A stretch of 55,812 nucleotides of DNA from IMG/VR virus record IMGVR_UViG_3300008997_000047, one strand, 5' to 3'. Each line of letters starts with the position of its first letter. Within the stretch, counting starts at the first letter, position 1. The notes under the pieces are model-generated. The model did not search any database, was not told where the DNA came from, and saw nothing but the letters and a program-made list of their open reading frames with translations. Of this stretch, positions 7,107 through 15,800 are shown piece after piece. Both the position numbers and the translations under genes were made by a program. Source of the DNA: a virus.

Positions 7107-7694
7107 CGCTTCTTCCTTGCCCCTTGCGGGGCGTATGCGCAGCACAGGCGAGCCCCCAGAATAGGGGCGCACGCGTACCGCGCGTTGTCTCGTCTATTCG
7201 CGTTTCAATGAATCGGGCCCCGCGCGGATCCTGCGCGTCGGCAGGGGGGGCCCGCACTCATGGTCACATATGGTGAGGGGGGGTCGCTGATATGAGATGT
7301 CAAATCGATGTCAACGGATGAAGTGTCAGGTGTCACGTGATACCCCACCCCACCCCTTGACCTGTCCAGACCGACCGAGTGTGCGCGTGTACCGAGGGGG
7401 CATCCCCCCCGAAGGGGGGTGGTGGTGGGCCGTTATATCCCCCCTCTCACACGCGACCTGTTTTTGGCAGTCTAACGAGCCCACGATTACAGTAGACAGG
7501 TGGATTGCTCTCTCCCAGGGGACGCGTGGACGCATTTGCTGTACCATCCAGCGTTTGAGGGAGGTCCCCAGGCGAAGTTTGTGGTGGCGGGGGCCGTTTG
7601 GCTGGAGATTGCGGTCGGCTTTGGGCTTTCCATGCCGTGGACGACGGCGAGGTTCCGTGACAAGTGGACGAAGCCGTTCAGGAGGAAGCAACGG
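7107..7694. promoter_or_regulatory. Divergent control region between the leftward and rightward blocks
   Basis: About 590 bp with no convincing ORF. Contains TGTCA repeats (7297..7336), a CACGTG-centred palindrome (7329..7344), G7/C7 homopolymers and small G/C hairpins. Confidence 0.6.
7188..7202 (+). promoter_or_regulatory. Inverted copy of the CGCGAATAGA(A)CGAGA site found at 6275..6290
   Basis: The reverse complement of 7188..7202 is CGCGAATAGACGAGA; 6275..6290 reads CGCGAATAGAACGAGA. The two copies flank gene 6420..7106 in opposite orientation. Confidence 0.45.
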
Positions 7695-8375
7695 GTGATC
7701 CGGGCGCAAGTTCTCGGGCACGAGGCGTTTACGGAGGCGGTTTACGCGGAGACGTTCGGGGTAGCGCCGGAAGAGTGGACGGAAACGCTACGGGAGGCTT
7801 GGAATCCTTTGGAGGAACCTCCATCTCCGTATGAGATGGCGGCACTGCTCCTCAATGACGGGAAATACTGGATTGGGGCGAAAGGGAAGGACAGGCCGAT
7901 GGCTTCCCACAAGAGTTCCCTGTATTGGTGGCTGGTGGGCATCCCCGCTCATGTGATGGAGCAGGTAGCCCCGGGATGGGAGGAAGAAGCGGCTTACGCC
8001 ATCCGATGGCTGTTCCAAAACACCCCTCGCTTCACCCTTTGGGCTATCGGCGTCGATTTACGCGTCGTAGCGATGGGGAGTCGGGCACAGATGCGGAGGA
8101 TCATGGTCCCTCACGCCAATCACCAGAAGTACCTGAAGGAAATGGTTGGCAAACCACTGGTACAACACGTACTCTCGACAGGTCAACGGATTGCTCCTGC
8201 ACCCCGGGCTCTTCCTAATCCTGCACCTCTTTGGGCTCCTCCCTCGGAAGGTGTTGACAACACAAGGCCCCCCGAGTCCAAATGGGTATGGAACCACGAG
8301 CGTCGTCTTAGAGGATATAGGAAGACAGCTTGGGATATATTGGAACGGTACAAGAAAACTGGAGTCCAGTTTTAG
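7695..8375 (+). CDS. Hypothetical protein (first gene of the rightward block)
   Basis: Frame is open from 7500. GTG 7695 lies 9 nt after AGGAGG (7680..7685). The alternative ATG 7632 has no SD, so the start is uncertain. Confidence 0.55.
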   Translation: MIRAQVLGHEAFTEAVYAETFGVAPEEWTETLREAWNPLEEPPSPYEMAALLLNDGKYWIGAKGKDRPMASHKSSLYWWLVGIPAHVMEQVAPGWEEEAAYAIRWLFQNTPRFTLWAIGVDLRVVAMGSRAQMRRIMVPHANHQKYLKEMVGKPLVQHVLSTGQRIAPAPRALPNPAPLWAPPSEGVDNTRPPESKWVWNHERRLRGYRKTAWDILERYKKTGVQF

Positions 8376-8383
8376 GAGAGGGC

Positions 8384-8917
8384 ATGGAAGACGAAGCTGA
8401 CGGGCGAAGCATGTACGACATCTTTGCTGACCTGGAGATTGAGGAGCAAGAGGAGGAGGTGGCCATGGAAGTGGAAGCCGCTCCTGTGGAGGAGACAACA
8501 GAAGTCGCCCTTTCCGCTACGAGTCTCCTCTCTTCGGAGGAGATTGACAGGCTCCTTGGGCTGGACGAGGTCCTACCCGTCGCGTTCCTCAAGGAGAATG
8601 CGGACAAGATGCACTCGACGGACGCCATCGTAGACTTCGCCACGACGGTCTGCATTGACCTCGCCCAGGGCAATCTGAAAGCGAGGGAGTCATCGGAGAT
8701 GCGCCGCTGGGCTGAACTCATGTACACATGCGTTCTGGCCGGTGAGGGCGGGGCTCAAAACACCCAGGTCAACTACGTTGGGCAGCTTATCCAGTTGGCT
8801 GGAGTCGCCCCCGTTGAAGAGGCTTCCCTTGGGCAGCCCAGCAAGCAGGTTATCAAAGTTCAAGACGCCATCCTCGATGGCACCACCACCCGCCAGAAGA
8901 AAGCGCAAGGAGAGTAG
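8384..8917 (+). CDS. Hypothetical protein with acidic N-terminus
   Basis: ATG 8384 after TAGGAGAGGGC. Ends ...QKKAQGE just before the recurrent GGAGAGTAGCTGTG junction. Confidence 0.6.
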   Translation: MEDEADGRSMYDIFADLEIEEQEEEVAMEVEAAPVEETTEVALSATSLLSSEEIDRLLGLDEVLPVAFLKENADKMHSTDAIVDFATTVCIDLAQGNLKARESSEMRRWAELMYTCVLAGEGGAQNTQVNYVGQLIQLAGVAPVEEASLGQPSKQVIKVQDAILDGTTTRQKKAQGE

Positions 8918-8919
8918 CT

Positions 8920-9447
8920 GTGCCCAAACCCGATAACTTTTTGAAAGAGATGCGTGAGGCAGCCGCTAAGAAAGCCCTGCCCCCCGTAGATGTGAAGTCC
9001 GGTCCCGAAGCGGAACGCTATCCCGGAGCGGACTTTACAGTCGCTCAAGCCTCCACTCCGGCTGGGGGGGAAACGAGGTCGGAAGCAGCCATGGGCCACA
9101 CTCTAAATCCCTCGATAGAGAGGGAAGATTGGCACGACAAGTTTCAGGCGACATGGGGAGAACGGTTCGGAGAGGATGCGGGCGAACTCTTCTCGAACGC
9201 AGGCAAGTTTATCGAGTTGGGGATCATCCCCGAAGACTCGGAGTTCGCTCAAATGTACCGTGCGATGGACCCCTATGACAAAGCTATCAGCGAGGCTCAC
9301 GAGGGAAGACGAGCCTTCGGGGAAGAGTTTCCCGCCCACAAGGCGGCTGCGGAGAAGGAACACGAGGCGAGGGGAGTTCCCTATCCAGCCCGCAGTGAAG
9401 CCAGAGAAAAGAGAGTAGCCGCCCAGAAGAAAGCCCGAGGAGAGTAG
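8920..9447 (+). CDS. Hypothetical protein
   Basis: 175-aa ORF. GTG start lies inside the junction motif. Ends ...QKKARGE at a second copy of the same motif. Confidence 0.6.
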   Translation: MPKPDNFLKEMREAAAKKALPPVDVKSGPEAERYPGADFTVAQASTPAGGETRSEAAMGHTLNPSIEREDWHDKFQATWGERFGEDAGELFSNAGKFIELGIIPEDSEFAQMYRAMDPYDKAISEAHEGRRAFGEEFPAHKAAAEKEHEARGVPYPARSEAREKRVAAQKKARGE

Positions 9448-9449
9448 CT

Positions 9450-10595
9450 GTGGCCGACGAGGTTTACTACCATGTCACTCGAACAGCGAATCTCCCGAAG
9501 ATCGCAGAGCGCGGCATTGTAGGGATGCAACCCACAAACTTCGTCAACCCCTCGGGCCAAAGGCTCGGGGAGCTTGGTAAGATTTACGCCTTTTCTGACT
9601 ATAAGGATGCTGTCCAGTTTGCCTCTGAAATGGACTGGCAGGCACACGGGGACCTGGGTACGGGGAAGGTCTCCATCATTGCTCACAAACCCGGGGCCCC
9701 TGGCGGCAACCCCTGGGAGACAGATCCCGATACTCAGCTTTTCCAGAAGAGTGGGTTGAGGGCACAACGCCGCGTCCCTATCGAAGATATCCTCGGGGCG
9801 GAACCCGTCGATATGAGCCTTATCAAGAACCTTTCGGAGGGGGGAGGTTCAATCGATCCCCCCACTACAAGACTCCAACCCCTGATAAAGGGAGTAGCTG
9901 TGCCTGATGAAAAAGACCTGATCGATAAGCTGGATCACGCTCTGACAGGTATGCTGTCTGGTTGGGACGAACCGGCACTCTACGGTGATGTTGGTGTCGA
10001 AGATGATGCAGCAGTCGGCTACTTCGATGAGGCTTTCGATCAGGCGCACGATCCCAACATAAATCCCAGACACCGTCTATCTATGGGGGGCTGGTCCGAT
10101 AGGGACATTGACGATCTCGCAGAAGCTTTCGGTGGAGAGCAAGAACTGAACGAGGCTCTTGAAAATCGCTATGAACAACGAAGAGAGAAAGTAAGAGATT
10201 TCAGCCCCGAAGGAACTCGGAAAGCCCGAGAACGGGCAGCCAGGGAAGCAGGCAAAGCGTTGAAGTTTGGAAGAAAGGCCGGGCTCAAGGCCATCCCACT
10301 CGCTGGTCTTGCAGCGGAGTTCGCTGACATCCCCGAGGCAGAAGCCGGGACGATGGGTTCGGAGTTTGAGAGTGCCCCCGAGGCAAGAGCCAGGCAACAG
10401 CGGGACATTGAATCTGAAGAGTTCCTGGCCGAGCAGCCAGGATATGAGCCGGAGGGAACTCCTCCAGCCTGGGCAGACCCCGAATGGGAAAGGCAGCGGC
10501 GGTTTGGCGACGAGCCTGAAGAAGAAGCGGACTACTCCCCAGAAGGAACTCGGAAGAGTCGAGATGCAGCGGCCAAGAAGGCCATGGAGAAGTAG
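9450..10595 (+). CDS. Hypothetical protein; N-terminal ~145 aa with ART-fold-like (PARP/Tpt1-type H-Y-E) motif pattern, charged C-terminal half with two D[FY]SPEGTRK repeats
   Basis: 381-aa ORF with a GTG start in the junction motif. Contains YYHVTRTANLPKIAERGIVG and GKIYAFSDYKDAVQFA. Repeats lie at 10197.. and 10530... Confidence 0.45.
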   Translation: MADEVYYHVTRTANLPKIAERGIVGMQPTNFVNPSGQRLGELGKIYAFSDYKDAVQFASEMDWQAHGDLGTGKVSIIAHKPGAPGGNPWETDPDTQLFQKSGLRAQRRVPIEDILGAEPVDMSLIKNLSEGGGSIDPPTTRLQPLIKGVAVPDEKDLIDKLDHALTGMLSGWDEPALYGDVGVEDDAAVGYFDEAFDQAHDPNINPRHRLSMGGWSDRDIDDLAEAFGGEQELNEALENRYEQRREKVRDFSPEGTRKARERAAREAGKALKFGRKAGLKAIPLAGLAAEFADIPEAEAGTMGSEFESAPEARARQQRDIESEEFLAEQPGYEPEGTPPAWADPEWERQRRFGDEPEEEADYSPEGTRKSRDAAAKKAMEK

Positions 10596-10640
10596 CCTTG
10601 AGAGCGCCCCTATATATAACTGTCCTATTCCACTGAACGC

Positions 10641-12368
10641 ATGAGCAGTAAACCCGGTCCAAACCAAGCAGCCCAGGCAAAGCGGCTGTTGAACACGCTG
10701 CGCTCTCCGGCGCATGCGCTACCTGCCTTTGGGCAAGTGCATGATCAGGAGACGGCGAGATTCGTACCCTACCGGGCCCAGGCGATCACCAACGCTCTAC
10801 AGCCGACCATCCTCGACTACATGAGCAATCCGCCCAGGCTCCCAACGGGGGAAACACAGTTCCTTACTCTCCTGGGCTATCGACAGGGCGGGAAGTCCCT
10901 GTCGGTCGAGTACGCTGCGTACTGCAAGGCGGCCTACATCCCGGGCTGGGATCATGTGGCGATTGCGGATAACAGGGACCGCGCCGAGTACCTGCACAAG
11001 AGAGTTCACCATCTACACCAGCGTTGGCCAGAACAGCTTCGCTCCAAGACACTTCCCACGAGGGAGAGTCGCCAGCTTACGTTCGACCCAAGCCAAGGCG
11101 GCAAGATGCGTATCTTGTCTGCGGAAGCCGGAGCGGTGGGTGTTGGTCAGTCTCCTGATTCTTTCCACGCAAGCGAATGCCATCTCTGGTCTGATTTCAA
11201 TGGGTCGATGTTCCTCATCAACCCGTCGCTCATCAACCGGCGGGAGGCGCTCGTCGTCTTCGAGGCGACTCCTTGGGAGAGGAACTGCGCGTGGCATGAG
11301 CATTACTTGATGGCCAAAGCGGGGGACGGGCGGCACGTCGCTCACTTCTTCCCCTTCTGGGATGGGCTGCTAAATCAGCGCCCCTGGCCCAAAGAGTGGA
11401 CGCTGGAGAACGAGGAGGTTGACCTCCTGAATCGCTACGGCTCTTCTGGGCTTACCAAGGAGAACCTTGCGTTCCGCAGGTTGTTGATGAACTCCGACCC
11501 GGAGATTCGACGCCATCCCGAGATGTTCCCGGTGATGTACCCGTTCGATGATGTGTCCTGTTGGACATCGGCTTCCGCTGGAGCCATCCCCCAACACGCG
11601 TTGGAGAAGCACACGAAGGCTCACCTTATTCCTTGGGCTGGGCCTCTGGGCATCTACGAGGAGCCCCAACCCGAGGCGATTTACGCCATCGGAGTTGACC
11701 CGAGTGGATATGCTGCCCGAGACCATGCGGCGTTCCATGTCTTCAAGTGCTGGCGGGATGATTGGACGCAGGTGGCGACGTTCGCCGCTCACATCGACCC
11801 CTTGAAGTTCACGGACCAAGTTGAGAAGATTGGGATGCGCTACAACAAGGCGCTGGTTGTCGTGGAGTCCAACGGCGTCGGGCAAGCAGTGCTCTCGCTT
11901 TTGGTAGAGCGGGGTTACCCGAATCTCTACTATGAAGCCAAGTTCAAACCGGGCTTCACAAGCACCAGCAAAAGCCTCGATCAAGCAACAGGTTGGCTCA
12001 TTGATGCGCTCCTTGATGACCTTACTCTCCACGACAAGGATACGGTCGAGCAGCTTCAAAGCTACAAGAACGACAAACGCACCGAGGAGTCAGCCAACGC
12101 GGAGATTCTCCGTCGTGGGCCAAACACGCGCAGACGTGAGCGTCATCACTGGGATAAGGTTTCCGCACTCATCATGGCTACGGTCGCCGCCCGGGCTGTC
12201 CCCTGCCGGGAGCGCCCAGGGGCAGAGCCGAAGTCAGACAACCTCATCATGTTCACAGGTATGAGTTACGATGAGCAAGAGCAGTACAGGAAGAAGGTCA
12301 CCACTGACCGGAAACCTGCACGCTCATCTCGGGCTAAGTACCGATCTATCCGACGGAGGAAGAGATAA
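10641..12368 (+). CDS. terL: Terminase large subunit
   Basis: 575 aa. Walker A-like GYRQGGKS. C-terminal RNase H-like nuclease motifs IGVDPSGY and ALVVVESNGVGQ. Size and position are typical. Confidence 0.8.
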   Translation: MSSKPGPNQAAQAKRLLNTLRSPAHALPAFGQVHDQETARFVPYRAQAITNALQPTILDYMSNPPRLPTGETQFLTLLGYRQGGKSLSVEYAAYCKAAYIPGWDHVAIADNRDRAEYLHKRVHHLHQRWPEQLRSKTLPTRESRQLTFDPSQGGKMRILSAEAGAVGVGQSPDSFHASECHLWSDFNGSMFLINPSLINRREALVVFEATPWERNCAWHEHYLMAKAGDGRHVAHFFPFWDGLLNQRPWPKEWTLENEEVDLLNRYGSSGLTKENLAFRRLLMNSDPEIRRHPEMFPVMYPFDDVSCWTSASAGAIPQHALEKHTKAHLIPWAGPLGIYEEPQPEAIYAIGVDPSGYAARDHAAFHVFKCWRDDWTQVATFAAHIDPLKFTDQVEKIGMRYNKALVVVESNGVGQAVLSLLVERGYPNLYYEAKFKPGFTSTSKSLDQATGWLIDALLDDLTLHDKDTVEQLQSYKNDKRTEESANAEILRRGPNTRRRERHHWDKVSALIMATVAARAVPCRERPGAEPKSDNLIMFTGMSYDEQEQYRKKVTTDRKPARSSRAKYRSIRRRKR

Positions 12369-12628
12369 TGTCTATTACGGCCGCAGCAGCAGTAGCGTCC
12401 CCGATTATAAAGAAGGCAGCGATTTCTGCTGTGGGTTCTCTACTAAGCAAGCAGGGGAAAGGGGGAGAGGACGGGAAGGGGAAGGAGAACGTCGCCGCCC
12501 AAGAGATTGCCCAGAATGAGCAAGCCAAGCTCGCCGCTCGGTCCAAGCCTCCCTCGGATGAGGAAGTCCGCCAGCGGATGCAGAAGTCTCTGGCCCAGTC
12601 AGCTCAAAACCTGCAGAAGGCATACTAA
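12368..12628 (+). CDS. Hypothetical small protein
   Basis: 86-aa ORF. TAATG overlap with terL. Confidence 0.55.
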   Translation: MSITAAAAVASPIIKKAAISAVGSLLSKQGKGGEDGKGKENVAAQEIAQNEQAKLAARSKPPSDEEVRQRMQKSLAQSAQNLQKAY

Positions 12629-12846
12629 TGAGCCAGCTTACTCTCCCTATGTTCGACCCCATCAAAGTTGGGATAACGGCCCACGCAGATGGGAAGCACA
12701 AGTTCGCCATCGAGCGCGTCCCGGGCCAAGATGCGATGCTCGTCAGACGCGACCACGGAGAGAGCATCACCATTCCTATGAGCATGCTCGCTCAGGGCAA
12801 GACTATCGCAGAGGCGTACGAGGAGCTTATCGGTGGCGAAGGTTGA
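12628..12846 (+). CDS. Hypothetical small protein
   Basis: 72-aa ORF. TAATG overlap with the upstream gene. Confidence 0.55.
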   Translation: MSQLTLPMFDPIKVGITAHADGKHKFAIERVPGQDAMLVRRDHGESITIPMSMLAQGKTIAEAYEELIGGEG

Positions 12847-15800
12847 CACCAGCCGCCGTGACCAACGGCAAGACGCGGCTAAGCAGGCCATTCTCAAAGA
12901 CCTCCTAAAACAGAGGCTTGTAGAACTTGCCGAGGCTGGGTTCGTCATCTCTATTGGCGGGGCGGCCTACAATCGTCTCCTCCAATCCCTGGGCGAGGCC
13001 GCCGAGATGGGGGGTGTTGATGTAGAAGCTCTCCTTCGTGACCCAAAGCTGATGCAGGACTTCAGCACCGCACACATCGCAGGGAACTGGGAGCAGATGG
13101 AGAAGAACTGGCTTCGGGCTCAACTCCGTAAAGGAGTCTTCAAGCAGAGCCCCGAGTCTGCCAGTAAGTTTCAGATGAAGATCAAGATGGGGCTAATCAA
13201 TGATGGCCGCCACAAGCTCCAAGAGCAGCTTGAAGAGAGAGGAGAAGAGAAGCCCAACCTTCGAGAGGCTCGCCAGGAGTTCTTCCTCGGGCGAAAGCAA
13301 GTACGCCAGTGGCATGACGTAATCGCATCAGTAACCGCCCTGGACGCTACGGATTCGGCTACTTGGATGGCCCTTGAGGAAGCGGCGGACTCATACCGGC
13401 ATGAGGAAGGGGCTAAGATCCTCAACAATCGAATCCGGTATCTCAAGCCCCCAGACATGCCTGAAGGATTGTGGAAAGAGCTTCTTGAAGCCAAAGCGGG
13501 GCAGCTTTTCCATTTGATGGAAGACCCTCTTGAACTCCTCACGGAGGAAGACAAGACCAACCTCCGGCTTCAGACTCGGGCTGCCCAGGAGTGGGGGAGG
13601 GCACTCAAAGTTGCGGAAGGGACATCACCGGGGGGGATGAGCCCAAGGCTCCAACGCTACTCCGAGCAGCAGCAACGACTTTCGCAGATGGAGACGGGAC
13701 CGGGCCGGGGTGGGGGCCAACTGCTACCAGGGGAAATGGCATTCAATCCAGCCATCTCCACTCGACCCAGCGTGCGAGCCTCTCAGTTTATCCCTGAATA
13801 CTACAACGCCATTCGAGGGAGAGGAATCACCGAGGCTTGGCGGAACAACGTAGACCCCGAGTTTCTCAAGAAGCTTCAGTTTGTGCATTGGACCCGTGAC
13901 CCCGAAGAGATCGCAGACGCCATGTCGGGGAAGCCGGACTTTGTCGGGGGGGGATGGGATGCAGAAGTTCCATACGGCGCTCGACTCGAAGATGATATCT
14001 CCGCTCATGCTTATCTGAAAGAAGGCCCAGAAGGCTTCGGAGGACCGAGATTCCATTCGGGCATAAGAGCAGTAGGACTTGTTCTTGAAGGGGATGTAAA
14101 CTTCATTGGGAACTTTGATATCTATTCAGCCCCCACACAGGGGCTGGGGCCCCTCGGTGAAGAGCATCACCCAGCACTACGGCCCGCTACCAGCCGCAAA
14201 ACTGGGATACCCATGGGGCAGCGTAGATGGGTAAGCACACACCCCACCAGTGCCGAACAGTTTGGGCATTCTCCCATCCTACCAGTGCTGGATAAGGAGA
14301 CGTTCCTGACGACCGAGCAGAAGGCGGGGGAAGTCGGAGGTAAAAAAGCATCATCCGCAGGGAAGGTCAACGAGGCCCTCCTGGGCAACACCGAAGTCGT
14401 TGGAGTCGTGATTCCACACGAGGAGATTCGAGAATACTACGACCAGAACTTTTCCCAACGAGGGACCGCTCGGACCATGGCCCAGGAGGCGGCGCAGGTA
14501 GCGGAGCGATTTCAAGTTCCTCTCCTCGGGCTCGATAAGAAACCCCTCCCCCCTGTCGAAGTGTGGCTTCCTACTGACACTCCTGCTGACAAGCTTGCGG
14601 TCAAGTTGGTGCAGTCTCTTCAACGGCGGGTGCAGGCACCGGTTGCCGCCCTGGAAGCTAAAAAGTCGAAGAAAGAGATTGAAGAAGCCTTGAAGGCAGC
14701 CCACTTGCAGCAGGATTATCGGACTGTAGCACGACTCGCTGCGCCCATCTCCGGAAAGGCAGACGCCGCTATACTCAACTCTCCAGCTTTTCGAGGAGCA
14801 TGGGAGAACGCGATTCGGGAGAAGGAAGACTATTTCCGGGCGAGGAAGGTCTACTTCCCTGACTATTGGGATGGGGAACAGTGGGCGGGCCACGTCAAAG
14901 CCGCGTATGCGGCTCATGGGGACCCGGCGGCCCTGCTGACCGACATTCTTGAGATTCCAGTTGTGGCGGGCTGGGAGACGTGGGATGAGAAAGTCCCGGA
15001 GCGTTCGATCAAATACAACAGGACGCTCTACGGCTTCCTCAAGAATCTCCAGCCTCTCCGAAACGAGATTGATCTTCCCGCGCATCCCCAAAAAGAGTTC
15101 GCTTCAGCGATTGCTTGGGATAATGCGATTGAGGATGTTCACACCATCCCCAAGATAGCGGCAGACACATCCCGTCTCTGGAAAGACCGGCAACGCAGTA
15201 TCTTGCGTATTCTTGAAAGGGCGGTCTTTATCCAAGAAAACTTTGATTGGATCAAAGTGGGAAACGCTGGCGCTTCCACCGAGTTTCCCTTTCCCGAATC
15301 TCTCAAATATGCGAGTAGATATGCGATCCCCGGAGCAGAGGAGCATGGCCCAATCGTCCGTGGGATTCAACAGTATTGGAGTAAGCGGGACAACGCCGTC
15401 AAGCATATCGCAGACAAGATTGGGGACAAGCCAACTGGCCTTGTCAAACAGGCTCCCGCAAAGGTAGTTCCCCAAACCAAGGCTGCGCCTCAAACCCCTC
15501 GGGCTAAGGCCGCGCTTCCAGCGCCGGAGCCCACCCCGGGCAAGCCACCCCCGAAGGGTGTTGATCCTGTTGGGCGTTGGTTGAAAGAGGTTCCTGTAAA
15601 AGCCCAGGCGGGGACTGCCTATGAAGCGATCAAGGCGAAGTCACCTGAAATGCTCCGCGCCCCGGATGTTGCAAAGGCCGTTCGAGATGGGGATCGGCTG
15701 ATGGAGGCCGCGAGGGCAGCCGAGGACGCCGGCAATCTCCCTCGGGCTAAGCAGTTGCGCCTCACAGCGGAGCGCCAGTTCCTTTCATTGGAACGCCTCG

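Noticed and set aside
7297-7721. ORFs 7297..7698 (+) and 7326..7721 (-) in the divergent region.
   Set aside because: Both are low-complexity, Arg/Pro/Gly-rich, lack an RBS, and run through homopolymer tracts and palindromes. The region is treated as regulatory DNA.
8384-8917. Calling one of the three genes upstream of terL the small terminase.
   Set aside because: Position alone suggests it, but no DNA-binding HTH or oligomerisation motif was recognisable. They are left as hypothetical proteins.
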